Counted from the stretch's first letter, positions 19,792 to 31,166 are shown. The stretch is DNA of 64,000 nucleotides from Trypanosoma brucei (GCA_000002445.1 CH464491.1:4416001-4480000); one strand, 5' to 3'. A program made the numbers and translations. The notes: generated by a model from the letters alone, not told the origin.

Positions 19792-21678
19792 TCATTTCTT
19801 ACCGCGCGGCGACCGTTTTTTCACGTCCTCCACTGGCGCGGCGTCATCAACAGGAAGTTGCCTAAGCCGCTCCAACCGATACTGCAACAACTTGCTCAGG
19901 TCGTTCTGTACGTCCAGAAGCCTGTTATCCCCAGCATGATGCACAACGAAGCTGCTCAATGAGATGGAGACACAATAAGGTTCCGGTGGCTTCACAGCGC
20001 AGTGCCGTAGCATCGCCATGTCTGCATCATCGATCGGCTCATGCAGCGACAACACACGCAGAGCTTCAACAGCACCTTCGTATGTCAGGCGTTTGTTGTT
20101 TCCAAGGTTGAGGCAGCGCAGAACCGTGTTGCCAGGAGCCCGAACACGCGGGGGATCGTCCAAACGAAAGCAGTCGCGGTCAAATGGGGCCGTCGGTCGA
20201 GCGGGGGCCGGCTCCGCCTTCCTCGCCTTGGCCTGCAGTCCCTTCTTTGACTCCCGCCTGTCCTCTACAGGGGTGGGGTACCTGCACAAGTGCCAAGTGT
20301 TGTATAACTCTTGGTAACTTGGGTATGGCGGCGGCAAGGATGATATCATGCTCTTCTCCTTCGCAGTGGCGTTGTAACGTGACAGGTGCCGCTTTCGGTA
20401 CGCTGGCAGTTCCTCAGCGGGCATTTCTTGTATTCTGAAACAGTCAACCAAGGCAGCAAGGCCCCTGTCTCCAATGTCATTGTGCCCAAGGTCAAGCACC
20501 TGCAGCGTGCGATTCTTCTTCAAAAGCCGCGCAAGCGCTACAGCGCCATCATCGGAAATGTTATTTCCCCACAGATTGAGGCTTATCAGCTCACTACGGG
20601 GATGAGCCGAGAGCAATGAAGCTGTTAGGATGGCATCTCTATCACTAATACCGTTCCCTCGGAGACTCAAATGCTTCACGCCAGTGAGAAGCGCAGCCGG
20701 CCACCCGGGAGGGACCGGGATGCGGTTTTCTCTATCGAATTGTGCAAGCGTTTCGCGCTGCTGTTGAAGCTGCGCCTGCTTCTTGGAGTCTGTCTTTCCC
20801 TTTCGCTCCCTCTCCTCACGTATTTGAAGATCAAGCAACGAAGGTACATTGTTAAGCCCACGATACGCAGATGGCGAAAAAGTTGGGAGAGCCTCCGATG
20901 CTGCACCTCCAGATGACTGTCCGTCCGCACGAATGCTGGTCACTACAGACTCTGTGTGCAAAGAGGTTAGATCCCTGGAAGGGGCCCGCTTACGATCATC
21001 AAACCGTACGCTGGGAACATTCTTTTCTGTTGGAAACAATTCTCTTACCTTCGGTACTTCCACAGGCGCAATAGCAATCGTCGGGTCCTCGTAAAATCCT
21101 GGTTTAGGGGCACAGTTGAAGTCGACAGTCATAGAAACTAAGCGGCGACTCTTATACGATGCCTCCACAAGCAGGAAATAGCTCTCGCGCGATAAGCCGC
21201 ACCCCACGAACTCAACGGACACCAGCGAAGTGCAATACGGTATGGCAAGAGCAAGGGGCTTCATATCTCGTTCGTTGAGACAAAACTTGAGGTGACGCAT
21301 TAGAATGTAAAAAACAGTTGGTGGAGGCGGCGGCTGAGGATTTGAGGGAGAAGTATCGTTGTGTTCGCTTTTCTTTCTGGAGGGGGTCGCGCCCTCACGC
21401 TTCGCTCCGGTACCGTGACGCTTGGAAGTGGGGTTTTCTTTGGCCTTCTCAACCTCCGGTAAGGGCTCTTGTTGCAGTGTTTGCATTCGATTGGGTTCCT
21501 CCCATTGAAGGAGAATCGCCTCGTCCTCTGGTGACAGAGAGTGCTTTGTCTCCCTCTCCGCTTTCTGTTGCGTGTTCGTTATCAATGAGCGATAAACCTC
21601 CTCCCTCTCCGTGGTTCGTAGCGTGTGGCAGAAGGCGCTATAATCCACGCGTAAGTCCCCCGAAGGTTCAAAGAGCAT
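19792..21678 (-). CDS. Leucine-rich-repeat (ribonuclease-inhibitor-type LRR) protein with a Pro/Ser-rich linker.
   Basis: 628-aa ORF. The C-terminal half carries RI-like LRRs (LSLRGNGISDRDAILTASLL...LNLWGNNISDDGAVALARLLKKNRTLQVLDLGHNDIGDRGLAAL). Confidence 0.6.
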   Translation of the reverse strand: MLFEPSGDLRVDYSAFCHTLRTTEREEVYRSLITNTQQKAERETKHSLSPEDEAILLQWEEPNRMQTLQQEPLPEVEKAKENPTSKRHGTGAKREGATPSRKKSEHNDTSPSNPQPPPPPTVFYILMRHLKFCLNERDMKPLALAIPYCTSLVSVEFVGCGLSRESYFLLVEASYKSRRLVSMTVDFNCAPKPGFYEDPTIAIAPVEVPKVRELFPTEKNVPSVRFDDRKRAPSRDLTSLHTESVVTSIRADGQSSGGAASEALPTFSPSAYRGLNNVPSLLDLQIREERERKGKTDSKKQAQLQQQRETLAQFDRENRIPVPPGWPAALLTGVKHLSLRGNGISDRDAILTASLLSAHPRSELISLNLWGNNISDDGAVALARLLKKNRTLQVLDLGHNDIGDRGLAALVDCFRIQEMPAEELPAYRKRHLSRYNATAKEKSMISSLPPPYPSYQELYNTWHLCRYPTPVEDRRESKKGLQAKARKAEPAPARPTAPFDRDCFRLDDPPRVRAPGNTVLRCLNLGNNKRLTYEGAVEALRVLSLHEPIDDADMAMLRHCAVKPPEPYCVSISLSSFVVHHAGDNRLLDVQNDLSKLLQYRLERLRQLPVDDAAPVEDVKKRSPRGKK

Positions 21679-22540
21679 TCCGCCTCTCTATTCCTATTCG
21701 TATAAGTGTGTTCTAGGTTCCTCTCTCTGTTCCACTCTTTGAACAGCTATATACACCGCCCAGCGGTAGTGATACACAAGCCACTGGTCACAGTGTAATT
21801 AAATTATAGGAGTCAAATTTTTAAAACAAAATAAAAAAGAAAGATTATTAACTCAAGAGCAAAATATTCGAGTACACGATAACCGCCACACCGAGAAAAG
21901 TAACCAAAGACAAACCCGTGCTAACAGCGCCCAATGCTTCAAAAAGAAGGAGAAGTTCAGCATTAGATTGTAAAGGGAAAGTCTTTTTTCCTTCCTGGCT
22001 CCTTTGCGTTTTCTTTTTCCGCTCAAGTAATGACCCCTATAGAGTATACATAATGTCTGCCACATCCACTCTCCTGCTCTTCGCCATCCATTCAACCAAA
22101 TACAAAATGAAAACGCACCAATAGTGCAAGGGAGGGAGAAAAGTAATGACAAAAAAAGGCGGTAGTTACGTGGAGAGAGCAAAACACATATAAAATTAAA
22201 AGTACCAACAATAGGAAATCATATATATATAGATATAGATATATACTATCCATACATAAGTTGTGAATGTTGCGTTATGTGCATACTTCCCACGCAACGC
22301 AAATGGAACCGCCTGTACATGACGTATGATCACCACGTATACACATATATATGTTCATACAAATATCCTACACACCCCTCCATATCACCATATTTCTCCT
22401 GTCGACATTACACGGCGTATACAAACTGCCCCCGTGTCATACTTATAAAGGGGGAGAAAGAAGGGGAAAGAAAAATTGTCGTTGAGTCCACAACACAGAG
22501 ACAGACTAAAACAGAGCTCTAAGGGGGAAGGGTCCCACCG

Positions 22541-25500
22541 TCATAGCGCTCCACGGGGTGGGCGTTGTTCCGAGCGGAGTGCCTGTACAAGTTTCCACGA
22601 GGCCAACCCACGCATGTGCTGCTGCATAACCACAACATATTGGTCCGCGATACTGGCACTATCACCTACAGAGCCTACCTTCTGTGTAGTAACTTGGTAA
22701 TAGTAGTGCCCGAGGCTAGCCCACAGATCCGCACCCTCGGGGGAGTCGCTCACAATGGCTGCCACGGCGGCCGCAATCTCCTCATCGTGTGCTTGAATGG
22801 AACCCCAGTAACGCTCCTTGGCGACGAGCCTCTCCTTCACCGACCGTCTAGCCTTGTACGAACGGAACGCACGCTGAACCTTCATTGCAGCTTCATCTAG
22901 CAGACACTCCGCATCACTATCCGTCACACGCTTCTCCTCCACGAGTGCCTTCCTCCTCTCAACCTCACGCCTGGCTAAATACATCCGCATGAAAGGCAGT
23001 ATCTTTTCGCATGCAGCACTGAGTCTGCGCCTCTCCTCCACGAGTGCCTTCCTCCTCTCAACCTCACGCCTGGCTAAATACATCCGCATGAAAGGCAGTA
23101 TCTTTTCGCATGCAGCACTATGTCTGCGTCTCTCCTCCACAAGCGATCTCCGCCTCTCAACCTCACACCTGGCTAAGTGCATCTGCATCGACGGCAATAT
23201 CTTTTCACACGCAGCACTATGTCTGCGTCTCTCCTCCACAAGCGATCTCCGCCTCTCAACCTCACACCTGGCTAAGTGCATCTGCATCAACGGCAATATC
23301 TTTTCACATGCAGCACTATGTCTGCGTCTCTCCTCCACGAGTGCCTTCCGCCTCTCAACTTCACGCCTGGCCAAATGCATCTGCATGAAGGGCAGTATCT
23401 TTTCGCATGCAGCACTGAGTCTGCGTCTCTCTTCCACAAGCGATCTCCGCCTCTGCAACTCCCTCCTAGCCACTGCACACAGGAGGAATGATTCAATAGT
23501 CGAGGATGGCTTTTCCAACACAGAGCACATACCCTCTTGCTGGGCCATGCGAGCTTCAATTGCATCCTTACGAGCCCTACGCTCCTGTTTGGCACGGAAG
23601 ATAAGGGCCAAGCCATTTAGCACTTCCAGTGCTTCTAGTGGTTCTTCGTTCCTTCGGTTGATAGTAGCCGCTGCACGACGGGAGGCTACCTCCTTCTTCG
23701 ACTGTATGATGCGCATGAAACCTTTGAGAACTTCAAGGGCATCACCTACATTCGAAACGCATTCTGGTTGAGGGCGCTCTGCAAACTGCCTCGGTGTTCT
23801 AGGTGGCATGCGGCAACTAACATGCATCATGCTAACCTTCGCACGCAAGAAAGACAAAACGACGTTTACGCGGCGCAGCCGCCGAAACTGGTCCGTGCCG
23901 TCCATAACCAGGCGAGAACATTTCTGAAGCTCCTTGTACTCCAGATCGGGTGACTCCGACCGATCTACCCCGATCCTGCAGTTCACGTAGTCGGCGAAAA
24001 GTTCCCGCAACACACGGTAGTGTAGGCGAGCAAGATATCCTCGTGCTAAGCGAGTGATTGCCAACGCCGCTTGGTCCCTTAAGTTATTGGCCTCTTCATC
24101 TTGTGACCGGTGTTGAGATTGCAAATTTGATGAGGACTCCGCTGATTTCGAGTACGTTCGCCTCGGGGCCACTGGTCGTTGCCGCATGAGTGGTGGACGA
24201 GGCAACAGCGTTAGCACCTCTTCCGCGGTTTCAGCCTCTGCAATCTTCCGCAAACGATATTCGTTTGCCTCCAAGCGACTGTTGCAGCAGTCATTGTAGA
24301 ACTTTATTTCATCCTTCCGCACTTGTCGCCACTTTTCTCTTTCTTCGGCTAGTGCGGCACCCAGGGCAGACTTCTCTTGGTGTCCCACCACCTCACACTC
24401 CCCAACAACATCAAAAGAGCGATCAATTCCTTCATGCCCCAAAGGCTTAACGATTTCTTCAGCCGAATGCCCACCATTATCCGGCCTCGCAAATTCTCCT
24501 ACAGGTTCATTAATATCTAGGTTTAGCTCCGTGGCCGACGGCTCAACACCTTCCAAGTACAATGCTGGCCGCTCCCCGGGCTCTGAATACATAGCATGCT
24601 CTTTTATCAATGACAATCCGACACGCTCCTCCGGAATAATAGGCGTAGCAAGGTGCTGCAACTCAGGTACAACACCTACATCCCCTGGAGAACACGGCAT
24701 CGTCAATTCCAACTTAACGCCTTCTGCGCGCGGGGTGGGTTTTTCTGGCACTTGCTGGCACGAGATGGCAGGTTCCTCTTGGACAGCTCCGCTGGCACTT
24801 CCCAATCCCCCGACCCCTGGCAGCCGCTCGATTTGCTCGTCCCCAGCCAGTGGCAACAGTCGCCCTGCACCGTTAGCTAACGGTTTTGGTAGCCTTGAAT
24901 CCTCAGCGGGTGACGGTAGCAGCTGACAAACGCTCCTGTGAGAGGTCAGAGACCCTTTTACCTTTGGCATCACGTCAAGTGGTGTTGGAGATAACGCGGA
25001 GTGATGCCTGTCATTTGTACACCCGTCGGGTAGTGACCGACGCATAAATGGAACACCTTCCAATCCCCCTCTCACGCTGGAGGGCTCATGAACTCTATGG
25101 TGTCCAGAAACGACCGTTGACGAACGGTTAGCCTCTTCAAGATCGCGCTCCCTCCGCACAAACTCCTGGACCTCCACTGCCATTTGATAAAGTGATCGGC
25201 CCAGTGAAAGCCGGACGAAGTAAGCGCGGCCAATTCTTTGCATAGTGAACGCAAACGCACTAAGACGCGAGTCCAAGAGTTGTCTTCTGCGTTCCTTTTT
25301 CATACGCTTCAGGAGAGATTTCGACCGATAGAGACGGTACGCACGCTGAATCTTCGAAGCTGCCCGACTCTGCAGGCAATGACCACGAATGCGCCTTGCT
25401 GCGTTCTCACGAGCAACATCGAGCAGAGGCCCTGCATTTCTCGCCACAATAATCCGCCTGCCAAAGGCCTGAAGCTTCTTGGCAGCATCGCACCGCCGCT

Positions 25501-28500
25501 GGTGTTCACGAAGTCTCTCTTCACGCGCGGCCCGCAGTTCCCTCATTTTATTGAGCTCCTTTCTAGAAATATACAAACGCCACGCCTTTTGGATTTTCCG
25601 CGCGGCGGATAAGTAGCGAGCTTCCAGATGCCTTCGCCGGAGTCGAGCCGCCCTCAGCCTCGCCTCCCGTGTCTGCTGCTCTGCCCTTCGTCTCCTCCAC
25701 TGGCTCTGTATGACCGTGGCCGCAACTTCTTGCCGTTCCCTCAGGGCCACCTCGTTTTTAACAAGTTGATGCATTTCTCGCAGTTTCTCCACCCTTCGGG
25801 TTGCCATAACCTTGCGCCACCACGTCTGCAGTCGGAAGGCAGCAGAAGATGCGTTATTCTTCAAGAACTGCCTCCGCGCTAGACGCCGTCGGGCCCGCCA
25901 CTGCCGCGCACAGCACTGGATACGCACAGCGGCCCTGTTTATTTCATTGGCAAGAACGTCACGGTTCTTGTAACGTGCGGTAGAACCCGATCTTATACTC
26001 AGGTGCCTCCTAAAAGTCCTTTGAATCTTACGGGCTGCTATTGACCTTCTTACCCCATCCAGTACACGGTCGCGGGCGCTTTTGGACTTTACTGCCTCGA
26101 ACAACTGTCGAGCCTTGAAAGCACGGTAAGCTCTTTGAATGGTAACCGCACAGCCCGACTTGCGCCACAAATCTTCCTCATCGAACAAAAGCATATCTAA
26201 GCGATCAACAACGTACGTAACAAGATTTGCTCCAGGTGGGAGGCCCTGGATCCTTCTTGACGGCGCATCAACGGACAATGGGGGGACGCCCGGTCCCATA
26301 ACACTGGATTTGGAAATGGGCGACCTGCCTTGTTTATCCTTGGCGGCAGAAAATGGAGAGGCCTTTGGTTGAGGAAATTTCCTTACAGGAGACCCCGTAT
26401 CGTTTGAAGGTGCATTGGGTGATAGTCGCCCGACGGCGCTGTGGGCATCAGCGGCATGCTGACCCCGGCGCGCAGCCCCCTCAACCTCCATGGTAACAGT
26501 ATGGAGTTTCTTCTTAGTTGCGTCGTGAGTGGCAGCGGCCTGATGAGTCGGACGCGAGGATGGTGAAGATTCGCGAGCTGAAGAAGATACCCTCCTGCCA
26601 GTCTTGTTACCTGTACCACCGGCTTGCTGATTGTGCAGAAATGGAGCATCAGGATCCGCAGCAACGGATTGCATTTTCCTTCCCGAACTGTCGCGAGCAG
26701 CAGGCGACTGCGCAACCGGTCGGGTGCGCTCTGCATTGGGGGATAACTTCCTGCCGACAGCGCTGCGGCCCCCAACAGCCTGATGGGTCGGACGCGAGGA
26801 TGGTGAAGATTCGCGAGCTGAAGAAGATACCCTCCTGCCAGTCTTGTTACCTGTACCACCGGCTTGCTGATTGTACAGAAATGGAGCATCAGGATCCGCA
26901 GCAACGGATTGCATTTTCCTTCCCGAACTGTCGCGAGCAGCAGGCGACTGCGCAACCGGTCGGGTGCGCTCTGCATTGGGGGATAACTTCCTGCCGACAG
27001 CACTGCGGCCCCCAACAGCCTGCTGAGTCGGACGCGAGGGCGCTGACGGCTCCACAGCAGCAGACTGCGTCCTTCCTTTGGGACTGTTACGTTGACCTGG
27101 GGTCCTCTGATTCGAGCCGGTTGCTCCCACACTTACCGGCGAAGACTGAGCATTCGGTTGTGAGAGGGAGATGTTTGACCTCATCGAACCCTTCATTGGT
27201 GGTCTACATTCAGATCGACTGGCACCACTCTTCGCATTGGACTTTGTGTGCACCGACTCATTGTCGGCAAAACCTGCACCTTTCCCTTGGGACCCGACAT
27301 CACCAGGTCGTGCCGTAGCTTCCCGTTTATATGGCATTCTCGTAGCGGCGACGGGAGACCTTGTAGCCACTGAGAGCGCAACGCCACCTTTATTTGAAAC
27401 CCTCTCATTGTTTTTGGTCAAAGATTTTGACTGTTCACCCACATTCGCCCCACGGTGGTGCTCGGAGGGGCCACCAGACTCGCGTAACGTAGCCCTCGAG
27501 CCCTGCGAAATGGGTGGAAGACGACTAGCATTCGGCGAAGCTCCACCCGATTTCGTTGAATTACCGCCCTTCAAACCGCTGCCATGGGAAGCAGACCCGC
27601 CATTTGTCTGGCTCTGCCATGCAGCAGGCCTCGACAGTGATGTTTTCGAATTTACCCCGGGTGCTGTTGCCGCCGCTGCTGCGGCACTCGGTGGATGACC
27701 GGCGTCAGCACGGGCCGGACGCGAGATGCTACGCTTCGCAACGGTTTCCTTGGCACTCACCGCGAAAGGGTGAGGAAAGATGTCCACACGATGGGTCCTA
27801 GATGCAGCATCCCGACCACTGGGTGAACGTTCCCTGCTGCAAGACCGCGGACTAACAAACAAGGTGTGTCCGCAGGATGAGCGGGGTGAGTTCGTACCCG
27901 TCAAAGCTGAATTACCCGGTCGACATTCGTGAAGCACCATGACAAACCGCTGCATATTACTTTCGATCGTTCTTGTGACCTCACTCCTCCTACTGATCGT
28001 ATTCTGAGCCAAACCCAGCGCCAACCGATACTCTTCATGAGCACGTGGGGGGTCGATCAACTCCAGAGCCATAGCGAGGTTGTGGTGCGCCACTGCTAGC
28101 AAAGAAGGGTCCTCAGGATTGGGCCCAAGACTTTGTATCGCACACACCGCACTATGCGCGGCTTCTTCACATAACCTCAGTTGCACCTGCACAGCACTAA
28201 TGTTTAGGAACGCTACGGGGGATTGTTGCCCCGTGCATTGCATCGATTGCTGCATGTAGTCCAGGGCAGTAGTAAAATGCCCCCGGTGGCGCTCCATGCA
28301 ACCGTGGTTGTTCAGGGTCACGCCGCGCAGTAGTCGGCGGCGCTCATCGTCTTTGCGCAAGGGAAAGGAACCCTCTCCTGTCATCTCCATGGCGTAGCCA
28401 AAGAGAGGTGTAGCAACGTCATATTTTCCTTCCTTGAACAATTTTACACCGAGAACATTGCACTTCATCACAACACGCTCCGCAGCGTCACATGCCTCCT

Positions 28501-28720
28501 TTAGGAGCTCAGGGGATGACGACCCCGTTCCATACTCCTTGCAGCGTATCTGGAGCGCAGTCTCCATCAGTTGCAAGCATTCCATGTCGTTGCCTCCAGC
28601 CTCAAGCGTGGATGCACGGTACTCCATCTTCCGCGCATCCTGCAGAGTCTCCTTCCCAGTAAGACCCGAAGAGGGGTGATGCGGGCCATCTTTGCGTGCA
28701 CTAGACGCTGCGATGGACAT
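22541..28720 (-). CDS. Giant TPR + multi-IQ-motif protein (2059 aa) with three internal tandem repeat arrays (ASPM/IQ-calmodulin-binding-like architecture).
   Basis: N-terminal TPR-like region (first ~250 aa). 80-aa Ser/Pro-rich repeats x2.2. More than 12 IQ motifs (IQRAYRAFKARQ, AARKIQRTFRRH, AAVRIQCCARQWRARRR, AATVIQSQWRRRR, AARKIQKAWRLY, ASKIQRAYRLYRSK...). C-terminal 33-aa repeats x5.4 (ACEKILPFMQMHLARREVERRKALVEERRRHSA). Confidence 0.7.
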   Translation of the reverse strand: MSIAASSARKDGPHHPSSGLTGKETLQDARKMEYRASTLEAGGNDMECLQLMETALQIRCKEYGTGSSSPELLKEACDAAERVVMKCNVLGVKLFKEGKYDVATPLFGYAMEMTGEGSFPLRKDDERRRLLRGVTLNNHGCMERHRGHFTTALDYMQQSMQCTGQQSPVAFLNISAVQVQLRLCEEAAHSAVCAIQSLGPNPEDPSLLAVAHHNLAMALELIDPPRAHEEYRLALGLAQNTISRRSEVTRTIESNMQRFVMVLHECRPGNSALTGTNSPRSSCGHTLFVSPRSCSRERSPSGRDAASRTHRVDIFPHPFAVSAKETVAKRSISRPARADAGHPPSAAAAAATAPGVNSKTSLSRPAAWQSQTNGGSASHGSGLKGGNSTKSGGASPNASRLPPISQGSRATLRESGGPSEHHRGANVGEQSKSLTKNNERVSNKGGVALSVATRSPVAATRMPYKREATARPGDVGSQGKGAGFADNESVHTKSNAKSGASRSECRPPMKGSMRSNISLSQPNAQSSPVSVGATGSNQRTPGQRNSPKGRTQSAAVEPSAPSRPTQQAVGGRSAVGRKLSPNAERTRPVAQSPAARDSSGRKMQSVAADPDAPFLYNQQAGGTGNKTGRRVSSSARESSPSSRPTHQAVGGRSAVGRKLSPNAERTRPVAQSPAARDSSGRKMQSVAADPDAPFLHNQQAGGTGNKTGRRVSSSARESSPSSRPTHQAAATHDATKKKLHTVTMEVEGAARRGQHAADAHSAVGRLSPNAPSNDTGSPVRKFPQPKASPFSAAKDKQGRSPISKSSVMGPGVPPLSVDAPSRRIQGLPPGANLVTYVVDRLDMLLFDEEDLWRKSGCAVTIQRAYRAFKARQLFEAVKSKSARDRVLDGVRRSIAARKIQRTFRRHLSIRSGSTARYKNRDVLANEINRAAVRIQCCARQWRARRRLARRQFLKNNASSAAFRLQTWWRKVMATRRVEKLREMHQLVKNEVALRERQEVAATVIQSQWRRRRAEQQTREARLRAARLRRRHLEARYLSAARKIQKAWRLYISRKELNKMRELRAAREERLREHQRRCDAAKKLQAFGRRIIVARNAGPLLDVARENAARRIRGHCLQSRAASKIQRAYRLYRSKSLLKRMKKERRRQLLDSRLSAFAFTMQRIGRAYFVRLSLGRSLYQMAVEVQEFVRRERDLEEANRSSTVVSGHHRVHEPSSVRGGLEGVPFMRRSLPDGCTNDRHHSALSPTPLDVMPKVKGSLTSHRSVCQLLPSPAEDSRLPKPLANGAGRLLPLAGDEQIERLPGVGGLGSASGAVQEEPAISCQQVPEKPTPRAEGVKLELTMPCSPGDVGVVPELQHLATPIIPEERVGLSLIKEHAMYSEPGERPALYLEGVEPSATELNLDINEPVGEFARPDNGGHSAEEIVKPLGHEGIDRSFDVVGECEVVGHQEKSALGAALAEEREKWRQVRKDEIKFYNDCCNSRLEANEYRLRKIAEAETAEEVLTLLPRPPLMRQRPVAPRRTYSKSAESSSNLQSQHRSQDEEANNLRDQAALAITRLARGYLARLHYRVLRELFADYVNCRIGVDRSESPDLEYKELQKCSRLVMDGTDQFRRLRRVNVVLSFLRAKVSMMHVSCRMPPRTPRQFAERPQPECVSNVGDALEVLKGFMRIIQSKKEVASRRAAATINRRNEEPLEALEVLNGLALIFRAKQERRARKDAIEARMAQQEGMCSVLEKPSSTIESFLLCAVARRELQRRRSLVEERRRLSAACEKILPFMQMHLARREVERRKALVEERRRHSAACEKILPLMQMHLARCEVERRRSLVEERRRHSAACEKILPSMQMHLARCEVERRRSLVEERRRHSAACEKILPFMRMYLARREVERRKALVEERRRLSAACEKILPFMRMYLARREVERRKALVEEKRVTDSDAECLLDEAAMKVQRAFRSYKARRSVKERLVAKERYWGSIQAHDEEIAAAVAAIVSDSPEGADLWASLGHYYYQVTTQKVGSVGDSASIADQYVVVMQQHMRGLASWKLVQALRSEQRPPRGAL
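22930..23465. repeat. 99-bp tandem repeat, ~5.4 copies, in-frame inside the giant TPR/IQ gene.
   Basis: The motif tctcctccacgagtgcc recurs at 22933, 23032, 23131, 23230, 23329 and 23428. It encodes 33-aa repeat units. It also generates spurious plus-strand ORFs 22989..23771 and 23110..23388. Confidence 0.9.
26525..27045. repeat. 240-bp tandem repeat, ~2.2 copies, in-frame inside the giant TPR/IQ gene.
   Basis: cctgatgRgtcggacgcgaggatggtgaagattcgcgagctg sits at 26539 and 26779, with a partial third copy at 27019. It encodes the 80-aa repeat SSPSSRPTHQAVGGRSAVGRKLSPNAERTRPVAQSPAARDSSGRKMQSVAADPDAPFL. Confidence 0.9.
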
Positions 28721-29083
28721 CAGTTCGTGGGATCACTAACCTGCTTGACCTTCAACCACTAGACAGCTCCGTACAAACAGCTACCCCTCCCCGTCCAACC
28801 GCCCAGACGCTTCTACACCCTTCACTCCGTTTATTCTATTACGTCGGGTCCTTCTCGATTGGAGTGACTTCCTCTGGAGACCTAATACCACCGAGTACAA
28901 ACGATGAGATATTCTGCGAAATGCAACACACACACACACACACACGCACACACTTTCCTGAGCGTCACCCACACCTGCAACTATAAATACAAAGGCGGTA
29001 CCTCACAGGATATTCTTTCTCTAGTCCTCCCCTTGTTAAGAAGAAAAGAGCTTTGACACAGAGAAGCGGGAGAGGTGAAAAGG
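27690..29083. repeat. Segmental duplication, copy 1 (5' 1032 bp of the TPR/IQ CDS plus ~365 bp upstream).
   Basis: Near-identical to 30136..31537. The only differences seen are a few substitutions and the (CA)n length. Confidence 0.9.
28923..28952. repeat. (CA)n microsatellite upstream of the TPR/IQ gene. Its duplicate is at 31367-31404 with a longer tract.
   Basis: caacacacacacacacacacgcacacac versus caacacacacacacacacacacacacgcacacac. Confidence 0.85.
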
Positions 29084-30101
29084 GGGAAATGCGCGTCAAC
29101 AACAGATGAACCGTCAATCGAGCTGCGTAGAGAAACATTTGGGTAAAAGAGAAATAGGAAAGCAACCAACTCATGGAGCACCACAAAGATATATACATGT
29201 ACATGTCACAAAGTAGTACATACGCACCCACCGGTCCGCGGGGGGATAGAAAATGAAGCAAAAAGAAAAACATACACTGAGAGGGAAGCCCGACACAATC
29301 GAAAACATTCAGGAGGACTAGCTGAGGTCACTATGAGTATCACCACAGTGTCCCTCTACCCCTTATAGGGAAACAATGCCATATTGCATACTGGCAACAA
29401 AAAAAAAATAACATGTGCAAGTACCTCACCGGGTGTGCAACGTGTGGAGCGCAAGTGCTGACGCGTACTATGGTAAGAAGCACACAAGGCCTGGGCTACG
29501 GATGGAAGTTACCGCACAAGGCTCACTCGCATGCGCCAATGCAAGGGACAAACAGCGGCCAACACACCAACGCTACGTGCACCTCCTGCTCAGAGAGATC
29601 TAAGAAGTTTCCTTCTGTCTTCACTTGCAGCTGCCTCCTACATCCGGACAGAAGATTACGTCCTACGAATGCAGTGTAAGGTGCCAGCCCCGTCCGCAAC
29701 TTTAGCCGGGTACAAATACATTGGTCTAAGTTATGAAATTCAAACATTCGTAATCTGTTCAAGTCCCCCTTCATGAGAAAACACACACGAGCAGTAAACA
29801 TTTAAAAAAAATTATGAAGCTCACACTCCCCGTGTACCGCTCCTTCCGACAAAAAAACTATTATCGGCTCCACTTGTAGCGCACATGTAAGTGAACGTGA
29901 TGGATGTAACGATGAGTACAACAAATTTAGGTCCACTTACCGCAGCTCAAAAAACAGTGGCAGCAATTTATAGACGAAACATGGAGAATATAAGCAAAGG
30001 TGTCGCCATCATTTGAACTCCATAACCGTGCCAAATACAGCATAAATGATAGCTTCGTCAGTTAGTTTCTACCTCGTGGAGCCCTGTGAGGTTTAAACGC
30101 A

Positions 30102-31166
30102 CTAATTCATTGGTGATAACGACGTTAAACGCTTTGGTGGATGGCCGGCGTCAGCACGGGCCGGACGCGAGATGCTACGCTTCGCAACGGTTTCCTTGGC
30201 ACTCACCGCGAAAGGGTGAGGAAAGATGTCCACACGATGGGTCCTAGATGCAGCATCCCGACCACTGGGTAAACGTTCCCTGCTGCAAGACCGCGGACTA
30301 ACAAACAAGGTGTGTCCGCAGGATGAGCGGGGTGAGTTCGTACCCGTCAAAGCTGAATTACCCGGTCGACATTCGTGAAGCACCATGACAAACCGCTGCA
30401 TATTACTTTCGATCGTTCTTGTGACCTCACTCCTCCTACTGATCGTATTCTGAGCCAAACCCAGCGCCAACCGATACTCTTCATGAGCACGTGGGGGGTC
30501 GATCAACTCCAGAGCCATAGCGAGGTTGTGGTGCGCCACTGCTAGCAAAGAAGGGTCCTCAGGATTGGGCCCAAGACTTTGTATCGCACACACCGCACTA
30601 TGCGCGGCTTCTTCACATAACCTCAGTTGCACCTGCACAGCACTAATGTTTAGGAACGCTACGGGGGATTGTTGCCCCGTGCATTGCATCGATTGCTGCA
30701 TGTAGTCCAGGGCAGTACTAAAATGCCCCCGGTGGCGCTCCATGCAACCGTGGTTGTTCAGGGTCACACCGCGCAGTCGTCGGCGGCGCTCATCGTCTTT
30801 GCGCAAGGGAAAGGAACCCTCTCCTGTCATCTCCATGGCGTAGCCAAAGAGAGGTGTAGCAACGTCATACTTTCCTTCCTTGAACAATTTTACACCGAGA
30901 ACATTGCACTTCATCACAACACGCTCCGCAGCGTCACATGCCTCCTTTAGGAGCTCAGGGGATGACGACCCCGTTCCATACTCCTTGCAGCGTATCTGGA
31001 GCGCAGTCTCCATCAGTTGCAAGCATTCCATGTCGTTGCCTCCAGCCTCAAGCGTGGATGCACGGTACTCCATCTTCCGCGCATCCTGCAGAGTCTCCTT
31101 CCCAGTAAGACCCGAAGAGGGGTGATGCGGGCCATCTTTGCGTGCACTAGACGCTGCGATGGACAT
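30102..31166 (-). pseudogene. Truncated paralogue of the TPR/IQ gene. A 354-aa TPR-domain-only ORF ends 10 codons into unique spacer (…HPPKRLTSLSPMN*). It may be an expressed TPR-only protein or a gene fragment.
   Basis: Its first 344 codons are identical to gene 22541..28720 except for 3 aa changes (RRRLL>RRRRL, FTT>FST, RSP>RLP). It has its own duplicated upstream region. Confidence 0.5.

Noticed and set aside
22989-23771. Plus-strand 260-aa ORF with internal repeats, antisense to the giant TPR/IQ gene.
   Set aside because: It is an artefact of the 99-bp tandem repeat, which keeps the antisense frame open. It lies wholly inside a far longer, motif-rich minus-strand CDS.
26518-27318. Plus-strand 266-aa ORF.
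   Set aside because: It is antisense to the 240-bp repeat region of the TPR/IQ gene. This is a repeat-driven open frame.
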